Shown here: positions 18,467 to 27,649 of the stretch, in pieces
How the letters are laid out: every line of letters begins with the position of its first letter
How positions within the stretch are numbered: position 1 is the first letter of the stretch
Origin: a virus
Lineage: Duplodnaviria > Caudoviricetes
Length of the DNA: 64,000 nt
Strand: one strand, 5' to 3'
Virus record (IMG/VR): IMGVR_UViG_3300042924_005664
Location: 1,290-65,289 of that record
Position numbers and translations under genes: made by a program
Notes under the pieces: model-generated
What the model was told of the DNA's origin: nothing
Databases searched by the model: none
What the model saw: only the letters and a program-made list of their open reading frames with translations

Positions 18467-18722
18467 CGAAATTTTAAAGGAGCTCGGCCTCCCAGTAAAC
18501 AAGATGTACCGACCCCCCGAGCCTGAGCGCGAGAAACGCGAGCGTGGCCCATGCGGCAAAGTAATGTTTTCATCGGAGACAGCGGCCAAGAAGGGAGCCC
18601 GCTCGCTGCTGCGTAGTGGCAGGACAAATACTTCTTTCCTGCGGACATACTTCTGCGATACATGCAAGGCTTGGCACATGTCTTCGAGCTACTTCGGCGA
18701 GTTTGCCAAACCTACAAAATAA
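18450..18722 (+). CDS. Zn-finger hypothetical protein
   Basis: CGKVMF...RTYFCDTCKAWHMSS motif common in phages. Confidence 0.7.
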   Translation: MSNRIDEILKELGLPVNKMYRPPEPEREKRERGPCGKVMFSSETAAKKGARSLLRSGRTNTSFLRTYFCDTCKAWHMSSSYFGEFAKPTK

Positions 18723-18725
18723 AAT

Positions 18726-19079
18726 ATGATTACACCATCGCAGCAGGCCAAGATCGACGAGATCATGGACGAGTTTAACTTTTACCGCGTCCACCTAGTC
18801 ATGGAGCACCTCGACTGGAAATGGGCTAGTACGAATGGCGTGCCTTCCATCGGTGACATCCGCAGGGCCGCTAGGGGGCTCTTAAACGCGCTAGCACTGC
18901 GGCCCGCTACGTCTGGCCCATGGGAGCATAATACGATTACTGGCGGGCTCTCAGCGCATCGCTGGGGCGATACCGACGAGTACGGCCCATGGGAAAACTT
19001 TTCCTTGGAGTTCGTGCTGGAAAGCTGGAGGACTGAGGAGCCAGAAAGAAAAAATGAAAATTTCAATAAACTCTATTGA
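18726..19079 (+). CDS. Hypothetical phage protein
   Basis: IMDEFNFYRVHLVMEHLDWKW motif. Confidence 0.65.
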   Translation: MITPSQQAKIDEIMDEFNFYRVHLVMEHLDWKWASTNGVPSIGDIRRAARGLLNALALRPATSGPWEHNTITGGLSAHRWGDTDEYGPWENFSLEFVLESWRTEEPERKNENFNKLY

Positions 19080-19236
19080 CTCCCGAAAGCGATTAGCTTT
19101 AAGGTCGCAACTTGTGAAAAAGCTACTTACTATTCTCGACAAGGAATTGCCCTTCATGGCCCTGACCTCGCTAGCTTTGGTCGGAGTCGTACAACTACTT
19201 AAATACGGATGCGCCGTCCTAGAAGCTCACGTATGA
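19054..19236 (+). CDS. Small membrane protein (start uncertain)
   Basis: One hydrophobic segment; ATGA overlap with RuvC. Confidence 0.4.
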   Translation: MKISINSIDSRKRLALRSQLVKKLLTILDKELPFMALTSLALVGVVQLLKYGCAVLEAHV

Positions 19237-19712
19237 TTTACGGAATTGACCCCGGCAAAGGCGGAGCAATCGTGATGCTGAATCACGATGGCACGATCAA
19301 GGCCGTTGACGAAATGCCGCAGGAGGACGCCGATCTAGGCGCGTACCTGAGCATGATCGTGGACGACTCGAAGCTCGCCGACGTATGGATCGAGCGCGTG
19401 CCCAAGTACGCTGGCAAGAATCAGTCAGGATCGTCTGTAGCTACCTTGTTCGCCAACTACCGCTACATCGTTGGGTATCTCGAGGGGCGCGGAGTAGTGG
19501 TCAATCAGGTCATCCCACAAGTCTGGATGAAGCCTTACCGACTAATGACACCGACGTGGCAGGTTCTCACGTACCCCCAGAGGAAGAAGACTTTGCACGA
19601 GCTCGCTCTTGCTGAGTTTTTTACCGACAAGAAAACCTTGCCACGTTGGGCTGCGGACGCAGCTCTGATCGCTTTGCACGGGCATACCGCCTGTGCTCTA
19701 ACCACAAAATAA
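19233..19712 (+). CDS. RuvC-like Holliday junction resolvase
   Basis: MIYGIDPGKGGA, VWIE, PQVW, ADAALIA. Confidence 0.85.
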   Translation: MIYGIDPGKGGAIVMLNHDGTIKAVDEMPQEDADLGAYLSMIVDDSKLADVWIERVPKYAGKNQSGSSVATLFANYRYIVGYLEGRGVVVNQVIPQVWMKPYRLMTPTWQVLTYPQRKKTLHELALAEFFTDKKTLPRWAADAALIALHGHTACALTTK

Positions 19713-19719
19713 AAACACC

Positions 19720-19902
19720 ATGGCAAAAACAAGCGCTACCCTAAAAGTTGGATCTCCTGAGATCCGCGTCCCTCTTGACGCGAAGAAACCCAAGTCCTCG
19801 ATGATGAAGGTCACGGGAACAAAGAAAAAACCAGTCTTCACGAACGAGGCGTCCATGCCGAAGAACAAGAAGATGAAACTCCCCAAGCGGGCAAAATACT
19901 AA
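19720..19902 (+). CDS. Small Lys-rich protein
   Basis: 60 aa, ACACC-ATG leader. Confidence 0.6.
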   Translation: MAKTSATLKVGSPEIRVPLDAKKPKSSMMKVTGTKKKPVFTNEASMPKNKKMKLPKRAKY

Positions 19903-19994
19903 TGGCTTCCAATACTAACTGGTACGATGCATTCATGCTCTTCTCCCTATTAGCATTTTGCACGTACATCATTTGGACAACTAATCGCCACTAA
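19902..19994 (+). CDS. 30-aa single-TM peptide
   Basis: TAATG coupling; MASNTNWYDAFMLFSLLAFCTYIIWTTNRH. Confidence 0.4.
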   Translation: MASNTNWYDAFMLFSLLAFCTYIIWTTNRH

Positions 19995-19997
19995 TTT

Positions 19998-20348
19998 ATG
20001 TCAGACACAACCACACCAGAAAACGTGGTGCCCTTCGATGCGGCACCAGAAACCCCGAACGCAGCCCCTTTGTCTTCGGACGCCGAGCAGAACCAACAGG
20101 CTGCATCGGCTGCTTCAGAGACCCCTGTTGCAGGACAAGCCGACCTGCCAGCTCCGAACGAGGCCAACACGATCGACTTGAACACGATCACCCATGAGGA
20201 CGTCATCCAGCGCCTCATCGACGTGAACAAGCGCCTCACCTACGAGCTGCTGGTTAGCCTCAAGCTGCACGAGCACATCAATGTTCGTGATAATCCCGAG
20301 CTCGCTGCTCAGGCCGAAGCCAATGCCGCTGGCACGAACGAAAGCTAG
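19998..20348 (+). CDS. Acidic hypothetical protein
   Basis: 116 aa, phage-like codon use. Confidence 0.65.
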   Translation: MSDTTTPENVVPFDAAPETPNAAPLSSDAEQNQQAASAASETPVAGQADLPAPNEANTIDLNTITHEDVIQRLIDVNKRLTYELLVSLKLHEHINVRDNPELAAQAEANAAGTNES

Positions 20349-20350
20349 CT

Positions 20351-20420
20351 TCTTGCCAGTATTTGAGACTCTCTCCCGCCGCAAGCGGGAGGGGGTTCCT
20401 CAAACTGCCAGCAAGATTTT
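20351..20420 (+). terminator. Long imperfect hairpin (terminator or RNase III-type site)
   Basis: TCTTGC/GCAAGA, TTTGAG/CTCAAA and CTCTCCCGC/GCGGGAGGG stems, then TTTT. Confidence 0.55.
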
Positions 20421-20471
20421 AAAGGTTCCAGAGACCAACAAAACCAAACCAAAATTAAAGGCAACAAAACC

Positions 20472-21098
20472 ATGAATGGATTAGAGTTCAACCCCGATAC
20501 AGAGATTCAGCGCTTGAAGGAAAAAGTGCTCTCACTTGAGCGCCAGCTTAAAAGACCAAAGCTCGTCGGACTTATCGGCGCTGCAGGAGCTGGCAAATCG
20601 ACCGTCGCAAACATCCTCGAATACAACTACGAATTCTCTAAGATTCGATTCGCAAACGGAATCAAGAGCATGCTTCGGGCCTTGCTCTACGAGGCTGGAG
20701 TTGATCATGGGCGGATCCACGAGATGATCGATGGATCGCTGAAGGAAACCGCGTGCGACGAGCTCGCAGGCAAGAGCCCAAGGTACTGCCTGCAAACACT
20801 AGGCACAGAATGGGGCCGTGACTTCCTATCCCAGAACTTCTGGGTAGACCTCACCATGCACACTGTGGACAACGTGCTAGCAATCTCAAAGTCGGTCGTT
20901 ATCGACGACGTGAGGTTTCCAAACGAGGTGCAGGCCGTGAAAGATTCTGGAGGTAGAATCTTCCGAGTCATGCGCGATCAGGACGCAATACCAGAAGCTG
21001 GGCACAAGAGCGAAGGACAAATACTTGAATTCGACGCGTGTATCCTCAATACTGGGAGCGTATCGGATCTAGAAGATCAGATCGCAAAATTAATCTAA
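20472..21098 (+). CDS. Deoxynucleoside monophosphate kinase (T4 gp1-like)
   Basis: GAAGAGKST, PRYCLQTLGTEWGR, VVIDDVRFPNE, HKSE. Confidence 0.9.
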   Translation: MNGLEFNPDTEIQRLKEKVLSLERQLKRPKLVGLIGAAGAGKSTVANILEYNYEFSKIRFANGIKSMLRALLYEAGVDHGRIHEMIDGSLKETACDELAGKSPRYCLQTLGTEWGRDFLSQNFWVDLTMHTVDNVLAISKSVVIDDVRFPNEVQAVKDSGGRIFRVMRDQDAIPEAGHKSEGQILEFDACILNTGSVSDLEDQIAKLI

Positions 21099-21394
21099 TG
21101 AGCTTAGAGGCACAATGTCGGGCATTCACAACTCCTAGGTGGCTAGCATGCATCTATGAGCGCCTTTCTGCGCCCTTTGCTGTAGTGGTCGAGGGATCTC
21201 TCCCAGTATCGGGAGAAGTCTCTGTCCTGAACTTTCCAAACTACAAGCTCCCGCCATACACTAGAAGGACATTTACAACTACTGACGGCAACATCACTCA
21301 GATAACCTACTTCGATGGATCTACTCAGGTGGCTACCCGCGCACTAGTTTATAGCGCTGGTGCCATCGTCTCCGATACTCTCTCACTCCCCTAA
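21098..21394 (+). CDS. Small beta-rich structural protein, paralog of 52542..52802
   Basis: YKLPPY...ITYFDGSTQVATRALVY. Confidence 0.6.
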   Translation: MSLEAQCRAFTTPRWLACIYERLSAPFAVVVEGSLPVSGEVSVLNFPNYKLPPYTRRTFTTTDGNITQITYFDGSTQVATRALVYSAGAIVSDTLSLP

Positions 21395-21398
21395 TATC

Positions 21399-21614
21399 AT
21401 GTCTGAACAAATCTCACTCGCATTCTCCGCACAGCCTACTGGCTACACTTCTACATCAATTAGCATCATCCCAACCAAGGAAGATGGATCGCTGAATACG
21501 GATGCCATTGTGTCTGTGAACATTGCATCTCCAGTTGCAGGATCACCAGAAGCAAACTTGGTTGAATCCATTCGTAATTCGCTGTCAGATTACAGGACAG
21601 CAAAAAGTATCTAA
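21399..21614 (+). CDS. Small hypothetical protein
   Basis: 71 aa, tightly packed between neighbours. Confidence 0.55.
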   Translation: MSEQISLAFSAQPTGYTSTSISIIPTKEDGSLNTDAIVSVNIASPVAGSPEANLVESIRNSLSDYRTAKSI

Positions 21615-21616
21615 TC

Positions 21617-22969
21617 ATGGCTACAAGATGGGCAGTCGCATCTGGTAACTGGTCGTCCAATGCAACTTGGAATGGAACCTCTTCCATACCTAGCAACGGA
21701 GATACTGTTTTTGCCAACGGCTTTAACGTAACGATCAACCAAAACGTAAGCATTGGTGGTGCAAACAATTTTTCAGTCAATGCTGGAAGTTTTTTAATTG
21801 GATCTCGTTATGTAATTACTTCGGTTGGATCTACACTATGGACTAACATAGGTGCTTCATCTAATACTGTTGGCGTAATATTCGTTGCAACTGGAGTTGG
21901 ATCTGGAACAGGGGTTGCGTCAACAGTTGCAAGCATCAACACGACTGCCGTTGCCTCAATTCCAATTGCCGCTGGCGGTTCTTTTACCATTGCTGATACA
22001 TTCACTTTAACCGCTGATATTTTTGCAGGGACTACGACTTGTTTGTTGTTTTCAGCAAACTCTCCTGCAACTGCCGCCGTTGTTGGAAATATAACTGGTG
22101 GGTCAGCTTCAAGTGGGTTGAGTATAACTGGCACAGGGACGATGAATGTTACTGGCAATGCATTCGGTCTTAATGCAGGAGCCTCTGGCCCTGCCGTTAA
22201 TAATGCCTCAACAGGCATTTTGAACTTTACTGGAAACGCAAGTGGCGGATCTTCTACTAACACATACGGAATTGCAAACTCCTCAACAGGGTCAGTAGTT
22301 ATGGTTGGAAATGGACTTCCAAGTGGTATAACAAACTCAAGTGCCGCTGTTGCAAACCTTGCGGCTGGATCATTTACACTAACTGGAAACGCAACGGCTG
22401 GGTTAAGTGCCAATGGTGCGGCTAATTTGGGAACAGGTACATTTACTCTAATTGGAAATGTAACTGCTTCTACAAGTGTAGTTGGTTTCAATTCAACCAA
22501 TCCTAATGCCACAAATAGGATTTCTGGATCAACATTTGATTCTGCAAATGGTTTTGCGGCAATTTTTGCCGCTAAAATATTCCTCAATACCGCAGTAACA
22601 AATGGTGAAATTAGAAGATCCCTAAATGGAACTTCTACATTCCAATCGTTCTACACAGCAGATTACTCAGGATTCGGACAACCAGCCACTTCCAACGTGC
22701 GGTCTGGAGTAACTTATGCCGCTGGAGCTTTGACAGGAACCGCCGCAATACCAGCCGCTGGAAGTGTTGCCCTTGGTGTGCCTGTAGACGCAACCACAGG
22801 AACCGCTGTTCTGACAGCCGCAAACGTCCAGACTGCGCTCACTTCGCAGGGACTCACCACGACTCGTGCTGATAAACTAGATAACCTAGATAACCTAGAT
22901 GCTTCAGTATCGTCTAGATCAACTCTCACCGCTGCGCAGGTACAAGCTGCAGTGATTCCGATTCTATGA
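21617..22969 (+). CDS. Fibre/adhesin-like beta-helical protein
   Basis: GNWSSNATWNG..PSNGDTV start; Gly/Asn/Thr/Ser repeats; PATSNVRSGVTYAAGALTGT C-terminal motif. Confidence 0.7.
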   Translation: MATRWAVASGNWSSNATWNGTSSIPSNGDTVFANGFNVTINQNVSIGGANNFSVNAGSFLIGSRYVITSVGSTLWTNIGASSNTVGVIFVATGVGSGTGVASTVASINTTAVASIPIAAGGSFTIADTFTLTADIFAGTTTCLLFSANSPATAAVVGNITGGSASSGLSITGTGTMNVTGNAFGLNAGASGPAVNNASTGILNFTGNASGGSSTNTYGIANSSTGSVVMVGNGLPSGITNSSAAVANLAAGSFTLTGNATAGLSANGAANLGTGTFTLIGNVTASTSVVGFNSTNPNATNRISGSTFDSANGFAAIFAAKIFLNTAVTNGEIRRSLNGTSTFQSFYTADYSGFGQPATSNVRSGVTYAAGALTGTAAIPAAGSVALGVPVDATTGTAVLTAANVQTALTSQGLTTTRADKLDNLDNLDASVSSRSTLTAAQVQAAVIPIL

Positions 22970-23136
22970 GCCAACCTATCAAATCAAATCAGTTCTCACA
23001 TGGAGCAGGCAAGGGCGACGACGAGCGCCCCGTAAACCGCATCCGATATCGCCAAAATTACGACGCTATCAAAAAACTGGGACTCAAAGGTACGCCAGCT
23101 AAAACTAAAGGCGCTAAGACAACTTACAAGTACTAG
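22966..23136 (+). CDS. 56-aa phage protein
   Basis: GAGKGDDERPVN..RY..NYDAI motif; ATGA coupling. Confidence 0.65.
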   Translation: MSQPIKSNQFSHGAGKGDDERPVNRIRYRQNYDAIKKLGLKGTPAKTKGAKTTYKY

Positions 23137-24479
23137 TGATAACTCTACGAGAGTATCAGAAGACGGCGGTCGATCAGCTCTGCGCTAGTCTTGTAAAGCA
23201 TCACTGCGCGGTCGATCTGTCCGATACGGGTCTTGGAAAGACGATGCACTCGCTGGGAACCATTCAGCGTTTCGAGCACGTGCCATTCATCGTGATCTGC
23301 AGGGCCGTATCCCGCCACAAGTGGGAAAAGGCCGTAAAAGATTTCGGCCTGCAGGATCGCTGCATCGCAGTGGACAGCTACCAGAAATTTACCTCTGGCC
23401 GTCACTACAAGGATCACGTCACAAAGATCAAGACGCGTGGCGTGAAGTACGTGTGGGCCGAGCGGAAGGATCCAATGATCGTGATCTTTGACGAGTGTCA
23501 GGACGCGGGCGGGCTCACAAGCCTGAACAGCCAGCTCCTGATTGGCTGCGGAGAGTGCAGCGGCACGTTCCCGCTGTGCCTGAGCGCTACGGTGGCTGAC
23601 AGCCCCCTGAAGCTCAAGGCGCTGGGATTCCTTACAGGCATGCACGACTTGCGGAACTACTACCAGTGGTGCCTTCAGAACGGCTGCGGAAAGAGCCCCT
23701 TCGGGTTCAACAATCTTTACTTCCGCAACTCCGATCGCAAGGCGGTAGTCGGAAGGCTGCACCAGCACCTCAAACAGTACGGCGTACGCGTCAAGCGCGA
23801 GGAGGTACTCGAGTACATGCCCGAAGAGACCATCGAGGTGGAGCTCTGGGACGTGGGCAGCAGGCCCAAGTCTGGAGTCGTGGCCGATGCGCTCGAGATG
23901 CTGGAGCGCACGCGTGACGAGGATCTAGTGCGGCACGAGGAGGCGGTGCCCGGGGCCGTAGAGACCATGCGTAATCGCCAAGAGGCGGAGCTGCTAAAAC
24001 TCCCAGCGCTGGCACGTGAGATCATTGCAGCCGTCGAGGACGGGCTCTACGTTCCCGTATTCCTGAACTTCGTAAACTCGATCGACACGCTCGTCTCCCT
24101 ACTCGCTGGCGAGGGCGTCACCGCAGGCGTCTTCGATGGTCGCGATACAAAGAACCGCAACCAGACGCTTCAGGATTTCATGGACGCAAAGCTGCAGTGC
24201 ATCATCCTCCAGTCTCAGGCTGGATCAGCTGCGATCGACTTGCACGACGTAGTTGGAGGACGTCCACGATGCACGTTCATCTGCCCCACGTACCACGCGG
24301 AGACGATGCTACAAATGCTCGGACGTGCCACGCGTTTCGGTGCCAAGTCTCCAGTGCTTCAGCGCATCTGCTTCGCGGAGGGAACGATCGAGGAGCGCGT
24401 GTACCGCGTAGCGGAGACGAAGTGCGAAAACATCCGCGCAATGAATGATGGCGAGTGGGCAAACGCTTTCGGTGTTTGA
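23136..24479 (+). CDS. SF2 (SNF2-like) helicase
   Basis: LREYQ, DTGLGKT, DECQ, LSAT, QMLGRATR. Confidence 0.85.
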   Translation: MITLREYQKTAVDQLCASLVKHHCAVDLSDTGLGKTMHSLGTIQRFEHVPFIVICRAVSRHKWEKAVKDFGLQDRCIAVDSYQKFTSGRHYKDHVTKIKTRGVKYVWAERKDPMIVIFDECQDAGGLTSLNSQLLIGCGECSGTFPLCLSATVADSPLKLKALGFLTGMHDLRNYYQWCLQNGCGKSPFGFNNLYFRNSDRKAVVGRLHQHLKQYGVRVKREEVLEYMPEETIEVELWDVGSRPKSGVVADALEMLERTRDEDLVRHEEAVPGAVETMRNRQEAELLKLPALAREIIAAVEDGLYVPVFLNFVNSIDTLVSLLAGEGVTAGVFDGRDTKNRNQTLQDFMDAKLQCIILQSQAGSAAIDLHDVVGGRPRCTFICPTYHAETMLQMLGRATRFGAKSPVLQRICFAEGTIEERVYRVAETKCENIRAMNDGEWANAFGV

Positions 24480-24504
24480 CATTAGTGACGATACAAATTA
24501 CTTA
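24476..24504 (+). promoter_or_regulatory. sigma70-like promoter, near-leaderless
   Basis: TTGACA-N17-TACTTA, ATG 6 nt later. Confidence 0.5.
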
Positions 24505-24510
24505 TTCCTC

Positions 24511-25155
24511 ATGGCTGTTACTAAAAGAACCACCACCCCGCAATCTGTAGGTCTATCTACAGCAGGAAAACCTATAGGTCAGTCCACAGCGGGAAAACCT
24601 ATGGGTCAGTCTACGGCTGGAGTTCCAATTGGTACATCCACGGCTAGAGTTCTTACCCCAACTACCTTGCGGGTTCCAGTTACTACTACCTTGCGAGTTC
24701 CTACTCCGACATCTCCTAGGGTTTCAAATACAGGCCCAAGAGTTCCTACTCCAACAACTCCTAGAGTTTCAAATACGGGGCCGAGAGTTCCTACTCCGAC
24801 ATCTCCTAGGGTTTCAAATACAGGCCCAAGAGTTCCTACTCCGACATCTCCTAGAGTTTCAAATACGGGGCCGAGAGTTCCTACTCCGACATCTCCTAGG
24901 GTTTCAAATACAGGCCCAAGAGTTCCTACTCCGACATCTCCTAGAGTTTCAAATACGGGGCCGAGAGTTCCTACTCCAACAACTCCTAGAGTTTCAAATA
25001 CGGGGCCGAGAGTTCCTACTCCAACAACTCCTAGAGTTTCAAATACGGGGCCGAGAGTTCCTACTCCAACAACTCCTAGAGTTCCCACCCCGAGCGTTAC
25101 TCAAAGAGCCCCAGTGAAGCCTGTGCAAACGGTCAAACCGGGCGGTGTGCGGTAA
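24511..25155 (+). CDS. Basic Pro/Thr/Arg tandem-repeat protein
   Basis: 214 aa, no acidic or aromatic residues; VPTPT(S/T)PRVSNTGPR repeats. Confidence 0.65.
   Translation: MAVTKRTTTPQSVGLSTAGKPIGQSTAGKPMGQSTAGVPIGTSTARVLTPTTLRVPVTTTLRVPTPTSPRVSNTGPRVPTPTTPRVSNTGPRVPTPTSPRVSNTGPRVPTPTSPRVSNTGPRVPTPTSPRVSNTGPRVPTPTSPRVSNTGPRVPTPTTPRVSNTGPRVPTPTTPRVSNTGPRVPTPTTPRVPTPSVTQRAPVKPVQTVKPGGVR
24697..25080 (+). repeat. 45-bp tandem repeat, about 8.5 copies
   Basis: gttcctactcc(g/a)aca(t/a)ctcctag(g/a)gtttcaaatac(a/g)gg(c/g)cc(a/g)aga. Confidence 0.95.
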
Positions 25156-25165
25156 AAATTAATTT

Positions 25166-25199
25166 GCCCCCTCATCAAGGGGGGTATTTTTTTATTTTT
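25166..25199 (+). terminator. Rho-independent terminator
   Basis: GCCCCCT-catca-AGGGGGGT followed by T tract. Confidence 0.7.
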
Positions 25200-25235
25200 G
25201 ACACCCCAATCCTTTTCGGTTCATTCTCGTAACTT

Positions 25236-25424
25236 ATGGACAATCTCAATTTCCCAAAAATGAAAAACAAAAAAGAAATCCCCGAATGTGTGCGCGAGTA
25301 CCTGAGTGCGCTTGGTAAGAAGGGCGGAAGCGTTAGCAGCGAAGCGAAGCGCCAGTCCTGCATTATCAATGGTCTCAAGGGCGTCGAGGCACGCAGAAAG
25401 AAAAAAGAAAAGTTGGAAGAATAA
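25236..25424 (+). CDS. Small basic KGG-motif protein
   Basis: REYLSALGKKGG..SSEAKRQS..INGLKG; TTGACA upstream at 25198. Confidence 0.65.
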   Translation: MDNLNFPKMKNKKEIPECVREYLSALGKKGGSVSSEAKRQSCIINGLKGVEARRKKKEKLEE

Positions 25425-25427
25425 GCA

Positions 25428-25456
25428 TTGACCCAATCTGGTTCGCTTAGTAATCT
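25428..25456 (+). promoter_or_regulatory. sigma70-like promoter, near-leaderless
   Basis: TTGACC-N17-TAATCT, ATG 8 nt later. Confidence 0.6.
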
Positions 25457-25464
25457 CCTGACTT

Positions 25465-26607
25465 ATGCCAACAAAACCCACACATCAACCCAAACCGATC
25501 GTTACCCATGCCGACTCCGAAACGCGCCCTCATCATCCCTACGGCCCAAGTTCGCTCAAGAACTACGAGGCATGTCCCAGCTACAAAAGCAAAGGAGGAT
25601 CAAACCCCATCGCCGAAGCTGGCACAAGGATCCACAACGCGATCGAAAAAGGAAACCCCAGCCTCCTCATCGACGGGGAGGAGCAGTCTCTCGCCGAAAC
25701 ATGCTTGGACTTTCTTGATGACGTCCGACGAGCTCGTGCAGTCTCTGCAAATCTTATCGCTAGCCATCAGGAAGTATTTTTTGAAATTGATCTTGGCGAG
25801 CACTCAACTTACGGGACGTGTGACCTCTTGGATATTTACGATGACGGTGATGCTACGCTTTTCGACTGGAAGACGGGCTACGGATCTGTGGACGATGCTG
25901 AGACTAACAGCCAAGGTATCGCCTATTGTCTGGGAGCTTTTGCCGCTTTTACAGACATCAAAAGAATTCAGCTCTATTTCGTCCTCCCTAGGCGACATGA
26001 GGTTTCCATGGCTGAATTCACGCGAGACGACATTCCTGCGCTCAGTCTTAGAATCTCAACAATCATTGCTCGAGCAAAAGAGCTCGCTGGAAAAGAGTTT
26101 AATCCAACGGAAGGCGTCTGCAACTACTGCTCGTTCCAAGGCTCCTGCAAAGCGCTCGCGGGCCGTGCGCTCGTAGTCGCTCAGAAGGCTGGCTTCGATG
26201 TTCCATCCAACATCAGCGGCACTGGGTCTCCAGAGGAGAAGGCACAGCTCTTGAAGCTAGCCAACATCCTAGCCGACTGGTGCGACGCGACGAAGAAGGA
26301 GATGCTGCGTCAGGCGCTGGAGGAGGGAGTGGAGATACCGGGCTACCGCCTCGATCACCGCAAGACCCCGCGCATCGTGGACTCTCCCCTACTCGGCTTC
26401 GCAGCAGTAAGTGACATGATGACTTTCGACGAATTTCTTGGAGCTTGCACCCGCGTAAGCGTGGTCGAGCTTGAGAAGATAGTCGCGGACAAAGCAGACC
26501 GAGGTCAGAAGGGCAATGCCCGTCAGACCTTGGAGTGCCGACTACGTGACAAGGGAGCGCTGAAGGATGAAGGAATTATCCACGTCCTGAAGGCGATCCG
26601 AAACTAA
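25465..26607 (+). CDS. PD-(D/E)XK Cas4-like exonuclease (DUF2800-type)
   Basis: GPSSL..CP, GTRIH, GTCDLL...DWKTG, CNYC...C. Confidence 0.85.
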   Translation: MPTKPTHQPKPIVTHADSETRPHHPYGPSSLKNYEACPSYKSKGGSNPIAEAGTRIHNAIEKGNPSLLIDGEEQSLAETCLDFLDDVRRARAVSANLIASHQEVFFEIDLGEHSTYGTCDLLDIYDDGDATLFDWKTGYGSVDDAETNSQGIAYCLGAFAAFTDIKRIQLYFVLPRRHEVSMAEFTRDDIPALSLRISTIIARAKELAGKEFNPTEGVCNYCSFQGSCKALAGRALVVAQKAGFDVPSNISGTGSPEEKAQLLKLANILADWCDATKKEMLRQALEEGVEIPGYRLDHRKTPRIVDSPLLGFAAVSDMMTFDEFLGACTRVSVVELEKIVADKADRGQKGNARQTLECRLRDKGALKDEGIIHVLKAIRN

Positions 26608-26635
26608 ACAACAAACCCAAAATAACAACCATACC

Positions 26636-27370
26636 ATGGCTACACTAACACTAACGCCGAAAGGCACCACCAAGCCCGCCACCGCCCCCGTCGAGATCGT
26701 CGAGGAATCCAGCGAGCTCGTAACCGCGCAGTCCGCTCTCGTGGCTCCAGTCAAGGTCTCGGCCTCGGGAATCGAGGGAGAGATCACCACGGCGGACGTC
26801 AACACTCCACGCATCAACCTCGTCCAGAAGTCTGGTCAGCTGGTCGATAACTTCAGCCCGGGCACCTTCCTCCTCGTCAAGGAGGTCGTTCTCGCCAAGC
26901 CGAACGAGTCGTTCAAGTTCACTCCGCTTCGCCTGAAGAAGTACTACCAGCTCAAGGTTGAGTTCGGTACGTCTCAGGACATGCCTCCCAAGTTCAACAC
27001 CATGCAGGAAGTCATCGACTTCGGCGGGTCGTTGCAATACGGCGACGAGAAGTACTGCGTCGAGATGGCGGACATCCTCATGGCCGTCGAGGCTCCTGAA
27101 GGTGCCGACGATCAGCTCTTCCCGTACAGCGACGGGACGAACAACTACGCGCTCGCCCTCTACACCGTGGGCAGCAGCTCGTACACGTCGCTCGCAAAGC
27201 GCCTGATCACCGACTCGGTTGGTCTCCTCCGCAGCGGCCTTTACACGGGCTGCTACGAGATTCACAGCGAGCTCCGCAAGAACGCAGTCAACAGTTGGTA
27301 CGTGCCAGTCGCCAAGTTCATTGGCAAGCATCAGGATCCCGAGTTCTTCAAGAACATCGCGGGTCTCTAA
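26636..27370 (+). CDS. Probable ssDNA-binding/annealing protein
   Basis: Position between exonuclease and polymerase; PRINLVQK motif; strong codon bias. Confidence 0.55.
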   Translation: MATLTLTPKGTTKPATAPVEIVEESSELVTAQSALVAPVKVSASGIEGEITTADVNTPRINLVQKSGQLVDNFSPGTFLLVKEVVLAKPNESFKFTPLRLKKYYQLKVEFGTSQDMPPKFNTMQEVIDFGGSLQYGDEKYCVEMADILMAVEAPEGADDQLFPYSDGTNNYALALYTVGSSSYTSLAKRLITDSVGLLRSGLYTGCYEIHSELRKNAVNSWYVPVAKFIGKHQDPEFFKNIAGL

Positions 27371-27377
27371 GTTAATC

Positions 27378-27418
27378 GCGGCCCGTCGTCTTCTCGGCGG
27401 CGGGTCGCCCTACTTTTT
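27378..27418 (+). terminator. Rho-independent terminator
   Basis: GCGGCCCGTCGTC/GGCGGCGGGTCGC stem then TTTTT. Confidence 0.7.
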
Positions 27419-27430
27419 AAGAATTACTTT

Positions 27431-27649
27431 ATGACTGATTGGAAAGAAGAATGGAAGGGCATGCCAGAGTTTGTGCAAGAGGATCTATCCTCGTTTCGCA
27501 AGGTGGTCGTGCACTTCAGGAATCAGGAGGACGTCGATCTGTTTGCCGAGTTGATCGGCCAGAAGCTAACGCCGAAGCAACCCAGCTGCTGGTATCCTCA
27601 CCTACCCATCATGCGCGTGCGCGGAAAATTCTACGTGGATGAACCCTAG
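27431..27649 (+). CDS. Small partner of TAGT-like glycosyltransferase
   Basis: WKGMPEFVQED...VHFRNQEDVDLFAELIGQ...WYP; overlaps next gene. Confidence 0.7.
   Translation: MTDWKEEWKGMPEFVQEDLSSFRKVVVHFRNQEDVDLFAELIGQKLTPKQPSCWYPHLPIMRVRGKFYVDEP

Noticed and set aside
24697-25080. CRISPR array or overlapping ORFs in the 45-bp repeat
   Set aside because: No unique spacers; other open frames are a by-product of a stop-free repeat
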